Counted from the stretch's first letter, positions 26,277 to 35,341 are shown. The stretch is 64,000 nt of DNA from an uncultured Alphaproteobacteria bacterium (GCA_963809245.1 CAWEIU010000008.1:45611-109610); one strand, 5' to 3'. Numbers and translations are program-made. The notes: generated from the sequence alone by a model not told the origin.

Positions 26277-27752
26277 TCAAACGGCCGTGACGACGAAAGC
26301 GACGGCCAGGACGGCTCCGAGAGCGAGGCTGATCCGGTCGCGCAGCGCGAAGATCACAGGATCGTCGGTCATTTGGCCGCGATGCGAAAGCAGCCAGACG
26401 CGCGCCGTCCACAGGAACACCACCGCGGGCGCGAGCCACAGCCATTGTGGATGCGCGTACTGCGCATGCACGAACACTTCCTCGGTGAGATAGAGCACCA
26501 GGATCACGATGGAGGCGATCGCCGCGCCGACGCCGAAGGTCATCGTCACGTCGTTGTCCTCGACCTGAAAGCCGCGTCCGTGGACCATGCCGTCGTGGCC
26601 GGACGCCGCGGCGCGCAAGAGTTCGGTGTGGCGCTTGGCGATGGCGAGCGAGAAAAAGAAGAACATCGAGAAAGTCAGCAGCCAGGGCGACCAGATCTGC
26701 CCCGCCGCCGTCATGCCGAGCGCCAGGCGCAGCGTGAACAGAGTCGCAATGACGGTGACGTCGAGCATCGGCACGCGCTTCAACCCGAAGGAATAGGCCA
26801 GCGTCAGCGCGAGGTAGGCGGCGAGGCACAGGCCGACGCCGACGTTGAGCCAAAAGCCGAGGCCGAGCAGCACGGGAATGCCGATCGCCGCAACAATCAA
26901 TCCGCTTTCCACCGGCAGCGCGCCGCTGGCGAAGGGCCGTCTCGACTTGGTCCAGTGGCGGCGGTCGGCTGCGAGGTCGGCGATGTCGTTGACCATGTAG
27001 GTCAGCGACGCCAGCGCGCACAGCAGCGCCATCGCCGCGACCGCGGCCAGCGCGTCGTGCCGCGTCAGCAGATGGAAGCCGAGGATGACGGGAACCATCA
27101 CCAGCGCGTTCTTCGCCCATTGGTGCGGCCGCGCCGCCTTCATCCAGGCGCGCCATCCCCCAGTAGGCGCCGCGAACACCTGTTCGACCGGCACGCCGAT
27201 GTCGCCGACCCGCCGGGCGAGGCCGGCGTCGGCGGAAACGACGATCGCGCCCGCGGCGCGCCGCCAGACGGCGAGATCGGCGGCGCAGTCGCCGGCGTAG
27301 ACGAAGCCGTCGGGGAAGGCTTCCTGCAGCCGTTCGGCCTTGCGACGCCCCTTGAGGTTGTCGCCGCGCTCGCTGGCGTGGACGGAAGCGAACACTTCGA
27401 GCCGCTCGGCGACGGCCTCGGCGATCGAGCGATCGGCCGCGGTGGCGAGATGGACTTCGCGGCCCCGCGCCGCCTCGGACCGGAGATAGTCGACCAGCGG
27501 TTCGTTGAGCGGAAGGGTCGCGCAATCGATCTGCGCCAGCGCGGAGAGGCGCTCCTTGTAAGCGGCGACGCCGTCGGCGAACAACCGCGCGGTCGCCATG
27601 GCCGTGTCCGCGGGCCGCCGGAAGAGCGCGGCGGCGAAACATTCGTAGAGGGTGTCGGTGCGCAGAAGCGTGCCGTCCATGTCGACGATCAACGGCAGCG
27701 TTCGTGCTTCGGCTCCTGAAGGAGCTTCCCTGTCGCGTAGTTCAGCGTTCAT
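26277..27752 (-). CDS. HAD-like phosphatase domain fused to UbiA-family prenyl-phosphate phosphoribosyltransferase-like domain
   Basis: ORF 26277..27752, 491 aa. N-terminal LIVDMDGTLLRTD (HAD motif I). C-terminal PHQWAKN...YMVNDIADLAADRRHWTKSRRPFASG (UbiA NDxxDxxxD motif plus basic patch), followed by about 8 TMs. Confidence 0.8.
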   Translation of the reverse strand: MNAELRDREAPSGAEARTLPLIVDMDGTLLRTDTLYECFAAALFRRPADTAMATARLFADGVAAYKERLSALAQIDCATLPLNEPLVDYLRSEAARGREVHLATAADRSIAEAVAERLEVFASVHASERGDNLKGRRKAERLQEAFPDGFVYAGDCAADLAVWRRAAGAIVVSADAGLARRVGDIGVPVEQVFAAPTGGWRAWMKAARPHQWAKNALVMVPVILGFHLLTRHDALAAVAAMALLCALASLTYMVNDIADLAADRRHWTKSRRPFASGALPVESGLIVAAIGIPVLLGLGFWLNVGVGLCLAAYLALTLAYSFGLKRVPMLDVTVIATLFTLRLALGMTAAGQIWSPWLLTFSMFFFFSLAIAKRHTELLRAAASGHDGMVHGRGFQVEDNDVTMTFGVGAAIASIVILVLYLTEEVFVHAQYAHPQWLWLAPAVVFLWTARVWLLSHRGQMTDDPVIFALRDRISLALGAVLAVAFVVTAV

Positions 27753-27802
27753 CGAGCGCTCCTACCCGCGGCTGACGCAATGCTCGCTTCTCAAGGGTAG
27801 GT

Positions 27803-27831
27803 TATTGCCGCGCTCGGCGTGGATTTGTCAA
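27803..27831 (-). promoter_or_regulatory. Candidate sigma-70 promoter for the 27752->17442 operon
   Basis: Minus strand reads TTGACA (27831-27826), 17 nt, GCAATA (27808-27803), about 50 nt upstream of ATG 27752. Pattern match only. Confidence 0.3.
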
Positions 27832-27920
27832 ACCTCGCGCCGAATGATTGGCCGTGTGCGCGCTGTATTAGACAGACGCCGCCGTGTCCGGATGCCCGCG
27901 CTCCCTGGGGCTTCGCCCGC

Positions 27921-29396
27921 CTAAAGCGGAGCCTTGCCGAGCGGCAGTCCGTTGACCTTCATCGCGCCGTCCGGTCCGATTTCGGCGACCCACGTCAGCA
28001 CGCCGTCGCCTTCCGTCTTGGCGAGCCCCTTGGCCATCGCCAAGGCGGGGACGAGCTTACGCTCGGTGTCGGGGTCGAGCGTCTTGAGCGCAGCGATCGT
28101 GTTGTCGAAGTTGCGCATCCGCAACGTAAACGAACCGGTCGGCCGGCCGCCCTTGTAGATCATCTGGCCTTCCAGCGAGAGATCGAGCCGCGGCGCGACG
28201 ATGTGAGAGGGCTGAACATCGATCGTCACCGGGCCGCCCCCGATCAGCTTCGTCCAGATCTTGCTTCGATCTTCGGGCGACAGCGGCGGACCGTCGCCCG
28301 TCAGATGCAGGTCGGCGATCGCCTCGGCGCTCGCCGCGGCGACGTCGAAGCCGCTCGCTTTGACGTCGACGTCGATCGAGGTCGGCGTAAAGTCTCGATA
28401 GGGCGCCGGCGCCAAGGTCGCGGGAAGCGACAGACCATCGAACGCGATATGCTCTTCGAGCATTCCAGGCGCCGCCGTATCGGCTTTCACGCCCAATTTC
28501 GCGTTGTCCATCAGGATCGGGCCCTGCGCGGTCTGGGCCGAGAATTTATGGAGCTCGATCGCCTCGTTGAGCTTGAGTGGGCTGCCGGTCGCCGCGCCGA
28601 TGAGCTGTTTGAGCGCCGCCTCGTTGGCGCCGAGGTCGGGACGCGACGGATGCGCGACAAGGAACGCCCAGAGATCGAGCGCCGCGTGGGACTTCAAGCC
28701 ATCGAGATTCGCGTTGATGGCGAGATTGTCGATTCGGGCGGACGCGTTGCTGGTCTTTGGATCGCCTCCGGCCTTGTCCGTCTTCGTCACGATCGTCGCG
28801 CCGACGCCGGTGGCGCTCTCCCGAATGGTCGAGGATACGGCCCCGGCCGCCGTCGCTGCGCCCGTGCCGGTGTATTGGAACGCCCCGGTCTCGATCGTTT
28901 CGTCGAACCCATTGTCGGCGCGGCTGTGGAGGGTGGCTTTGTCCGCGCCGCCAGAGGCGGTTCGAAACCAGGCCGTCTTGGGGTCGACCACGAGTTCGCT
29001 TTTGTAGCCGGTCATGGCGAGCGTCGACGAGCCGTGCGGCGTATGGGCGGATACGGGGGGATTCTCGCCGCTCTCGACGCGCCAGGCGCCGTCGTCCTGC
29101 TCGATCAGCTTGGCGGTCAAGGTCGCCGCATCGTAGGAGAAGCCCGCGGCCGCGAGCGGGGCAGCCACAGCGGCGAGGTCGAACGAGACCAGGTAGTCCG
29201 AGCCCTCGGGCGTGATCTTGTAGGCCGGCGAAGCTCCCGGCCGGGGAGCGCCGAGGTAGGTCGCAAAGAAGGCGTTGAGCTTTTGCGCCCCTTCCGGCGT
29301 TGCGGGCAGGTCCTTGGCCGCCGCCGCGCCGGCGTTCAGCGCGCACAGCGCGACGCCGGCGAGCCAAGCGCGCGGGAGAAAGGGGCGAAAGGGCAT
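27921..29396 (-). CDS. Secreted hypothetical protein (possibly DUF2125-like)
   Basis: ORF 27921..29396. Signal peptide MPFRPFLPRAWLAGVALCALNAGAAAA. Ala/Gly/Thr-rich with no catalytic motif I recognise. Confidence 0.6.
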   Translation of the reverse strand: MPFRPFLPRAWLAGVALCALNAGAAAAKDLPATPEGAQKLNAFFATYLGAPRPGASPAYKITPEGSDYLVSFDLAAVAAPLAAAGFSYDAATLTAKLIEQDDGAWRVESGENPPVSAHTPHGSSTLAMTGYKSELVVDPKTAWFRTASGGADKATLHSRADNGFDETIETGAFQYTGTGAATAAGAVSSTIRESATGVGATIVTKTDKAGGDPKTSNASARIDNLAINANLDGLKSHAALDLWAFLVAHPSRPDLGANEAALKQLIGAATGSPLKLNEAIELHKFSAQTAQGPILMDNAKLGVKADTAAPGMLEEHIAFDGLSLPATLAPAPYRDFTPTSIDVDVKASGFDVAAASAEAIADLHLTGDGPPLSPEDRSKIWTKLIGGGPVTIDVQPSHIVAPRLDLSLEGQMIYKGGRPTGSFTLRMRNFDNTIAALKTLDPDTERKLVPALAMAKGLAKTEGDGVLTWVAEIGPDGAMKVNGLPLGKAPL

Positions 29397-29532
29397 GTCG
29401 GCGTCCTTGGGTCGCGGAGGGCAGGGGGCGCGCCCGCGCCCGAACTGTAACGGAAATCGCGCGCGCCGTCGCGCCAGGCGCGCCCCTTAGCAGGTTAACG
29501 TTACAATTCTTACGATACGGCCGTCTGAAGGC

Positions 29533-30438
29533 TCACGCAGCCGGCAAGGCGGCGGTCGCCCGCTTGCCAGGGAGTTGCGCCAGCGCGACGCCGGATTTCA
29601 CCGCGGCCTGCACCTTCTCGAAGGCCCGCACTTCGATCTGGCGCACTCTCTCGCGCGAGACGCCGAATTCCGCGGAAAGCTCCTCGAGCGTGACCGGCTC
29701 GTCGGCGAGCCGGCGCGCCTCGAAGATGCGCCGTTCGCGCGGGTTCAACACTCTCAGCGCGTCCTTCAGCGCGTGAAGGCGAGCGTCGCTTTCCTCGCGG
29801 TCGGCGAGCACGGACTCCTGGCTGGCGCTCTCGTCGACCAGCCAATCCTGCCATTCGCCCTCGCCCTCTTCGCGCAACGGCGCGTTGAGCGACGCATCGC
29901 CCCCGAGGCGGCGATTCATGTCGACCACGTCCTGAGCGGCGACACCCAGGCGCTTAGCGATCGTCGCGACCTGGTCGTCGCGCAGATCGCCTTCGTCGAG
30001 CGCCGAAATCCGGCTCTTGGCCTTGCGCAGGTTGAAGAAGAGCTTCTTCTGGCTCGCGGTGGTGCCCATCTTGACGAGCGACCACGATCGCAAAATGTAC
30101 TCTTGTATTGAGGCGCGAATCCACCACATCGCATAGGTCGCGAGCTTGAAGCCCTTGTCGGGCTCGAAACGGCGGACCGCCTGCATGAGACCGACATTGC
30201 CCTCGGAGATGACCTCGCCGATGGGGAGGCCGTAGCCGCGGTAGCCCATGGCGATCTTCGCCACGAGACGCAGGTGCGAGGTGACGAGCTTGTGCGCGGC
30301 CTCGCGGTCGCCGTGCTCGCGCCACCGCTTGGCGAGCATATATTCCTCTTGCGGCTCCAGCATCGGGAACCGCTTGATTTCCGAGAGATAGCGCGTAAGG
30401 CCGGATTCTCCGGCTATGATAGGCAGGGCGGCGGCCAT
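29533..30438 (-). CDS. rpoH: RNA polymerase sigma-32 (heat-shock sigma factor)
   Basis: Lies inside ORF 29533..30486. ATG 30438 is preceded by AAGGAGGA. Contains the RpoH box QKKLFFNLRK and sigma-70 regions 2 and 4. Confidence 0.93.
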   Translation of the reverse strand: MAAALPIIAGESGLTRYLSEIKRFPMLEPQEEYMLAKRWREHGDREAAHKLVTSHLRLVAKIAMGYRGYGLPIGEVISEGNVGLMQAVRRFEPDKGFKLATYAMWWIRASIQEYILRSWSLVKMGTTASQKKLFFNLRKAKSRISALDEGDLRDDQVATIAKRLGVAAQDVVDMNRRLGGDASLNAPLREEGEGEWQDWLVDESASQESVLADREESDARLHALKDALRVLNPRERRIFEARRLADEPVTLEELSAEFGVSRERVRQIEVRAFEKVQAAVKSGVALAQLPGKRATAALPAA

Positions 30439-30505
30439 GAGGTCCTCCTTTCGGAGCGTCGCGAGGCGATGAACTCCGGCGGCCAATCAGTGCGCCGCAG
30501 TGCAC

Positions 30506-30534
30506 AATATAGCGCGATTGACCGTGGCTGAAAG
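30506..30534 (-). promoter_or_regulatory. Candidate promoter upstream of rpoH
   Basis: Minus strand reads CTTTCA (30534-30529), 17 nt, TATATT (30511-30506). Pattern match only. Confidence 0.25.
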
Positions 30535-30589
30535 AGGGCGAAACTCGTTCCCCGCGTCGGCAGCGAATGACAATTTGTTAATACCAGAG

Positions 30590-31702
30590 TTAATCTGTCT
30601 GTCCCTGCCGTGCGCCTCCCTCTCCCCGTAAGGCCTTGAGAAGACGAACAAAATCTTCTGGCGGCTCGCTGTCGAACGACAGCGGCTCGCCGGTTAACGG
30701 GTGCTCGAAGCCGAGTGTCGCGGCGTGAAGCGCCTGACGTCCGAGGGCCTCCAGCGCGGCGCGGGCGTCGAGGGAGAGCTGGCTCGCCTTGGTCTTGAAG
30801 CCGGCCCCGTAGACCGAATCACCGAGCAGCGGATGCCCGATATGGGCGAGATGGACGCGGATTTGGTGGGTCCGTCCGGTCTCGAGGCGGCAGGCGATCA
30901 GGCTTACCGAACCGAGCGTTTCGAGGACCCGCCAGTGGGTCGTCGCTTCGCGCCCCGTTTCGACGACGGCCATCTTCTCGCGGTTTCGCGTGCTGCGGCC
31001 CAAGGGAGCGTCGATGCTTCCCGCCCGCGTGTCGAATGCGCCCCATACGAGGGCGCGGTATTCCCGCACTAGAGACCCCGAGCGGCCGTGATCGGCGAAC
31101 AAAGCGGCGAGGCCTTGGTGAGCGGCGTCGGTCTTGGCGACGGCGATGAGGCCGGACGTGTCCTTGTCGAGACGATGCACGATGCCGGGTCGCTTCACGC
31201 CGCCGATGCCGGAGAGGCTCGCCCCGCAATGGCGGATCAGCGCATTGACGAGGGTGCCCGAGGAGTGGCCGGGCGCGGGGTGCACGACGAGGCCGGCGGG
31301 TTTGTCGAGAATAAGCAGGTGCTCGTCCTCGAACGCGATGGCGAGCGGCATATCCTCGCCCGCGACGTCGGATTCCTCGGCCGGGGGGGCGATCACGGCC
31401 ACGTGGGCGCCGGCGGCGAGCTTTCGCGAGGGATCGCGGGCCTCGACGCCGTCCACCGTGACGAGGCCCGTTTCGATCAGGACCTTGAGCCGGGTGCGCG
31501 ACAGCGCGAGGCGGCGCTCGGCCGCCGCCGCGCCGAGAAAACGATCGAGCCGTTCGCCCGCGTCCTCTGGCCCGGCCTCGAAGTCGAGCCGGCCTTCGAC
31601 CGCGACGAGCGGGGCCAGCGGGGCTGGCTGAGGCTCCGGCGCGACAGGCGCGGGTCGGTCCACGCCGCCGCGCGCGGCGCGCGTCTTTGCCTTGGCGTTC
31701 AC
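30590..31702 (-). CDS. rluD: 23S rRNA pseudouridine synthase, RluA/RluD family
   Basis: C-terminal part of ORF 30590..32605. S4 domain RLDRFL..., catalytic HRLDKDTSGL, GRTHQIRVH. GTG 31702 forms a GTGA overlap with the upstream stop. The exact start is uncertain. Confidence 0.85.
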   Translation of the reverse strand: MNAKAKTRAARGGVDRPAPVAPEPQPAPLAPLVAVEGRLDFEAGPEDAGERLDRFLGAAAAERRLALSRTRLKVLIETGLVTVDGVEARDPSRKLAAGAHVAVIAPPAEESDVAGEDMPLAIAFEDEHLLILDKPAGLVVHPAPGHSSGTLVNALIRHCGASLSGIGGVKRPGIVHRLDKDTSGLIAVAKTDAAHQGLAALFADHGRSGSLVREYRALVWGAFDTRAGSIDAPLGRSTRNREKMAVVETGREATTHWRVLETLGSVSLIACRLETGRTHQIRVHLAHIGHPLLGDSVYGAGFKTKASQLSLDARAALEALGRQALHAATLGFEHPLTGEPLSFDSEPPEDFVRLLKALRGEGGARQGQTD

Positions 31703-32712
31703 GCGCGCTCCTGCTGCGCCCGCTCTTGGCCACGCCGGCGCGTTCTTGGCGCAGCTTCGGCGGCAGGGGCCGAAACCAGCGCGCCGAGTGCGGCGACGAT
31801 CGTCTCGACGTCCGGGCGGCGTCCGGGCCGGTGCGCGTCGACCGCCCGCCGCATTGCGGCGAGATGAACCGGCGTCGTGCCGCAGCAGCCGCCGACGATG
31901 CGCGCGCCGGCGTCGACCGCCAAAGCGGCATAGACGCCCATCAACTCGGGCGAACCGGAATAGTGGACATGCGCGCCATGCCACTGCGGCACGCCGGCAT
32001 TGGCCTTGGCGATGACGGTCGCATCGGGCCGCGCCTGCGTCATGCCTAGGATCGAGACCAGGAGATCGGCGGCGCCCACGCCGCAGTTGGCGCCGAGCGC
32101 TAGCGGCGGCGGCCCGAAGCTGGCGGCGAGGTCGGCGAAAGCCGCCGGCGCGAGGCCCATCATGGTCTTGCCGGCGGTGTCGAAGCTCGCCGTGAGCGTA
32201 TAGGGCATCCCGACGCGAGCGGCGGCGTGCGCGGCGGCGCGGATTTCCTCCAGCGCGGACATGGTTTCGATCCAGACCACGTCGGCGCCGCCCTCGCGCA
32301 GGCCCTCGATCTGTTCGGCGAAGACCTCGACAGCCTCCTCTTCGCTCAAGGGGCCGAGCGGCGCCAGAAGGTCCCCAGTCGGCCCGACCGAGCCGGCGAC
32401 GACGATCGGACGCTCGGCCTCGGCGGCGGCCGCGCGCGCGTTCTCGGCCGCAAGCCGGTTCAGCTCGCGCACGCGCCCCTCCAAGCCATGCAAGGCAAGC
32501 CGTCTGCGGTTTGCGCCGAAACTGTTGGTGAGAAGGATGTCGGCGCCGGCCTCGACGAAGCTGCGATGCAAGGCGCGGATGGCGTCGGAGCGGGTCGCGT
32601 TCCACAGCTCGGGACTGTCCCCCGAGGTCAGGCCGGCGTCGAACAAATTCGTTCCCGTCGCGCCGTCCGCCAGCAATGGACGGCCCTCGGCGAGCAGAGT
32701 TTGCAGCAGCAT
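31699..32712 (-). CDS. Homocysteine S-methyltransferase family protein (BhmT/MmuM-like)
   Basis: Lies inside ORF 31699..32784. ATG 32712 (AGAGGGAAA upstream) gives MLLQTLLAEGRPLLADGATGTNL...LTNSFGAN...GGCCGTTP (zinc-binding Cys pair). Confidence 0.85.
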   Translation of the reverse strand: MLLQTLLAEGRPLLADGATGTNLFDAGLTSGDSPELWNATRSDAIRALHRSFVEAGADILLTNSFGANRRRLALHGLEGRVRELNRLAAENARAAAAEAERPIVVAGSVGPTGDLLAPLGPLSEEEAVEVFAEQIEGLREGGADVVWIETMSALEEIRAAAHAAARVGMPYTLTASFDTAGKTMMGLAPAAFADLAASFGPPPLALGANCGVGAADLLVSILGMTQARPDATVIAKANAGVPQWHGAHVHYSGSPELMGVYAALAVDAGARIVGGCCGTTPVHLAAMRRAVDAHRPGRRPDVETIVAALGALVSAPAAEAAPRTRRRGQERAQQERA

Positions 32713-33431
32713 GAATTTCCCTCTTGCGGCGAGCCGAGGGGCGGCGCCTCGGGCTGACTTAGGCTCGACGCGCGCCCAAGGCAAGGACGCGGAGCCGCTG
32801 CGTCATGTCGGTTTCTTGGCCATGACAGTTCACCAAGAAGAATACGACCGTAGAACGGAGAATAGCGAAAGGAGTAATCCTTTCGGATTAAGTCGAGGCG
32901 CACCAGGTCAAATGCTTGCAGGCCGCGCCGTGTGCAAACAAGGCGTACAATGGCTCGTCTATCTCGAGATCATCTTGCCTATGAGAGCGCTGCTGCGCAT
33001 ACTGGAACGCCGCAGGGCCAACTGGTCATACTCGGGCCAAATTGTGTCATGTAAAACATTATGTTACTGTCATATCAGCAAGTGTTCGATAGGGCGCAGG
33101 ACCGGCGAGCCGGGGGCGCGTACACAATTGGCGGGGTCGTCTCGTCGTTGTTTTATCTCCAGATTTGCCGTGTCCCTGGCGCCGGCATTGCATCTCCTTA
33201 CGTGGCGCGGCGGCGAACATTCGAGAGCGGCCTTGCAGGCCCAATTGCGGCAATTTGTCAGGACGCCTTGATTTGACCCCTATGTTCCGATATTCGATTC
33301 GAGATCGATTATCGGCCGACGACTTGGCCCTGTATCTCTTGATACGTGCCGACGAACCTTCCTACATCGATATTCGCGCCGGTGCGGCGCGCCACAGCGT
33401 GTCGTGTCTCTCTCAATTACGGAACTCTCCG

Positions 33432-33641
33432 ATGGCTACGGGTACGGTGAAGTGGTTCAACGCCACAAAGGGGTACGGGTTCATTCAACCTGACGACGGC
33501 GGAAAAGACGTCTTCGTTCACATCAGCGCGGTCGAACGGGCCGGGTTGCGCGATCTCGCCGAGGGGCAGAAGGTCACCTACGAGATCGTCGCCGACAAGC
33601 GCACCGGCAAATCCTCCGCCGGTAATCTCAGCGTCGCCTGA
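33432..33641 (+). CDS. cspA: Cold-shock protein (CspA family)
   Basis: Lies inside ORF 33165..33641. ATG 33432 gives [34 protein letters not shown] (RNP1/RNP2 motifs). 69 aa. Confidence 0.93.
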   Translation: MATGTVKWFNATKGYGFIQPDDGGKDVFVHISAVERAGLRDLAEGQKVTYEIVADKRTGKSSAGNLSVA

Positions 33642-33674
33642 CGTTTTCCACCGTCCCATAAGGGGCGGCTGCGA

Positions 33675-33699
33675 GCCCCGGCGACAACGCCGGGGCTTT
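33675..33699 (+). terminator. Rho-independent terminator after cspA
   Basis: Perfect 9-bp stem GCCCCGGCG / CGCCGGGGC, loop ACAA, followed by TTT. Starts 34 nt after the stop. Confidence 0.6.
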
Positions 33700-33757
33700 C
33701 GCCTATTGTGCTCCCTTACGAAGCGGCGCTGGGCGCCGCTGACGGGGAGGAAACTTT

Positions 33758-35269
33758 ATGGCCAACGCCGCCCGCGACGGCGACACCTTTCTCGGCCTGG
33801 ACATCGGCACGTCGTCGATCAAGGCTCTGCTGATCGACGCCGAACAGCGCACACTCGCGGAGATATCGGTCCCCCTCTCGCTGTCCCGGCCGCATCCGCT
33901 CTGGAGCGAGCAGAACCCCTGGGACTGGGCTGAGGGGGTCGAGGCTGCGGTCGCCGCGGCGCGCCGTCATGCTCCCGAGCCCTTCGCGCGCCTCGCCGGC
34001 GTCGGCCTCTCCGGCCAGATGCATGGGGCGACCTTTCTCGACGCAGCCGGCAAGCCGCTGCGCCCGGCGATCCTGTGGAATGATGGGCGCTCGTTCGCCG
34101 AATGCGCCGAGCTCGAACGCCGCGTACCCGATTTTGCCCGCCGCGCCGGCAACATCGCGATGCCGGGGTTCACCGCGCCCAAGGTTCTCTGGGTCGCCGC
34201 CCACGAGCCTGAGATTTTCGCCAAAACGGCGCGCATCCTGCTGCCGAAGGATTTCGTCCGGCTTCGCCTGTCGGGCGAAGCGGTCTCCGACATGTCCGAC
34301 GCGTCCGGCACGCTTTGGCTGGACATTGCGCGGCGGCGCTGGGACGACGAACTGCTCGCCGCGACCGGACTCAGCGCCGCCCACATGCCCGCGCTCGTCG
34401 AAGGCTCCGCGGTCTCCGGCTTCCTTTCGCCTGACGTCGCCAGCGCGTGGGGCCTTGCAGGCCGGCGCATCCCGATCGCCGGCGGCGCCGGCGATAACGC
34501 CGCTTCGGCGGTCGGCGTCGGGGCGACCGGGGCGGGACAGGGCTTCGTTTCGCTTGGCACCTCGGGCGTCGTCTTCTCGTCGACCGATCGGTTCATCAGC
34601 CTGCCGGAACGCACCTTGCACGCTTTCTGCCATGCGCTGCCCGGACGCTGGCATGGCATGGCGGTGATGCTTTCCGCCGCCGCCGCGCTGTCATGGATCG
34701 CCGCCGCGATCGGGCGTGCGGACGATGTCGGCGGCTGCGTCGAAGCGGCCGAAGCCTTCGCCCGTTCGCCTCAGGCGGCGGCGAACGCGCCGCTGTTCCT
34801 GCCCTACCTCAGCGGCGAACGCACCCCGCACAACGACGCGGAGGCGACGGGCATGTTCGCGGGCCTGCGCGCCGAGCATGGCGCGGACGCGCTCGTCTAC
34901 GCCGTGCTCGAAGGGGTCGCGTTCGCATTCGCCGACGGGGTCGACGTGCTGGCCGAGGCGGGGGCGCGGCCCAATGTCGCGATGCTGGTCGGCGGCGGCG
35001 CCCGCTCGGCTTACTGGGGCCAGATGATCGCCGACGTGACCGGACTGACGATCGATCTTGCGATCGGAGCCGAAGCGGGCGCGGCGCTCGGCGCGGCTCG
35101 GCTCGGCATGCTGGCGGTTGGCGTGGGCGATGAAGCGGCGGTTTGCCGGCGCCCGCCCATCCAGCGCCAATTCGTCCCCGACCCGTCTCGCACGGCGCTC
35201 CACGCTCCGCGGCTGCGGCGTTTCCGCGCCCTTTACGCTGCGGAGAAAGCGACGCGGCAGGCGGGATAG
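33758..35269 (+). CDS. xylB: Xylulokinase (FGGY carbohydrate kinase)
   Basis: ORF 33758..35269. LGLDIGTSSIKALL...GLSGQMHG...ILWNDGR...GGAGDNAASAVG...PYLSGERTP. Confidence 0.85.
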   Translation: MANAARDGDTFLGLDIGTSSIKALLIDAEQRTLAEISVPLSLSRPHPLWSEQNPWDWAEGVEAAVAAARRHAPEPFARLAGVGLSGQMHGATFLDAAGKPLRPAILWNDGRSFAECAELERRVPDFARRAGNIAMPGFTAPKVLWVAAHEPEIFAKTARILLPKDFVRLRLSGEAVSDMSDASGTLWLDIARRRWDDELLAATGLSAAHMPALVEGSAVSGFLSPDVASAWGLAGRRIPIAGGAGDNAASAVGVGATGAGQGFVSLGTSGVVFSSTDRFISLPERTLHAFCHALPGRWHGMAVMLSAAAALSWIAAAIGRADDVGGCVEAAEAFARSPQAAANAPLFLPYLSGERTPHNDAEATGMFAGLRAEHGADALVYAVLEGVAFAFADGVDVLAEAGARPNVAMLVGGGARSAYWGQMIADVTGLTIDLAIGAEAGAALGAARLGMLAVGVGDEAAVCRRPPIQRQFVPDPSRTALHAPRLRRFRALYAAEKATRQAG

Positions 35270-35341
35270 CCCGCTTCCTCAGGGACGACTTAACGCTTCC
35301 TTGAAATCGACGTCCTAGGCTTTGCGCACAGTCGTTACGGA

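Noticed and set aside
17442-27752. Interpreting the DprE1/DprE2/UbiA block as a recent transfer from Actinobacteria, or as evidence of arabinogalactan synthesis
   Set aside because: Except for one gene (22669-23916), GC content and codon style match the surrounding alphaproteobacterial genes. No Emb/Aft homologues, galactan genes or mobility genes are present. A native or long-resident glycan-decoration role is more parsimonious.
30590-32605. A single 671-aa protein spanning rluD and the upstream gene
   Set aside because: Only the C-terminal 370 aa show RluD motifs. The N-terminal 300 aa are an out-of-frame read-through of the homocysteine methyltransferase gene, which has its own well-supported frame (31699..32712).
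32713-32830. Possible SAM/SAH or cobalamin riboswitch in the leader of the homocysteine methyltransferase gene
   Set aside because: Only generic GC hairpins are present (AGCCCGAGG...CCTCGGCT; GTCATG...CATGAC). None of the conserved riboswitch cores I can recall is present.
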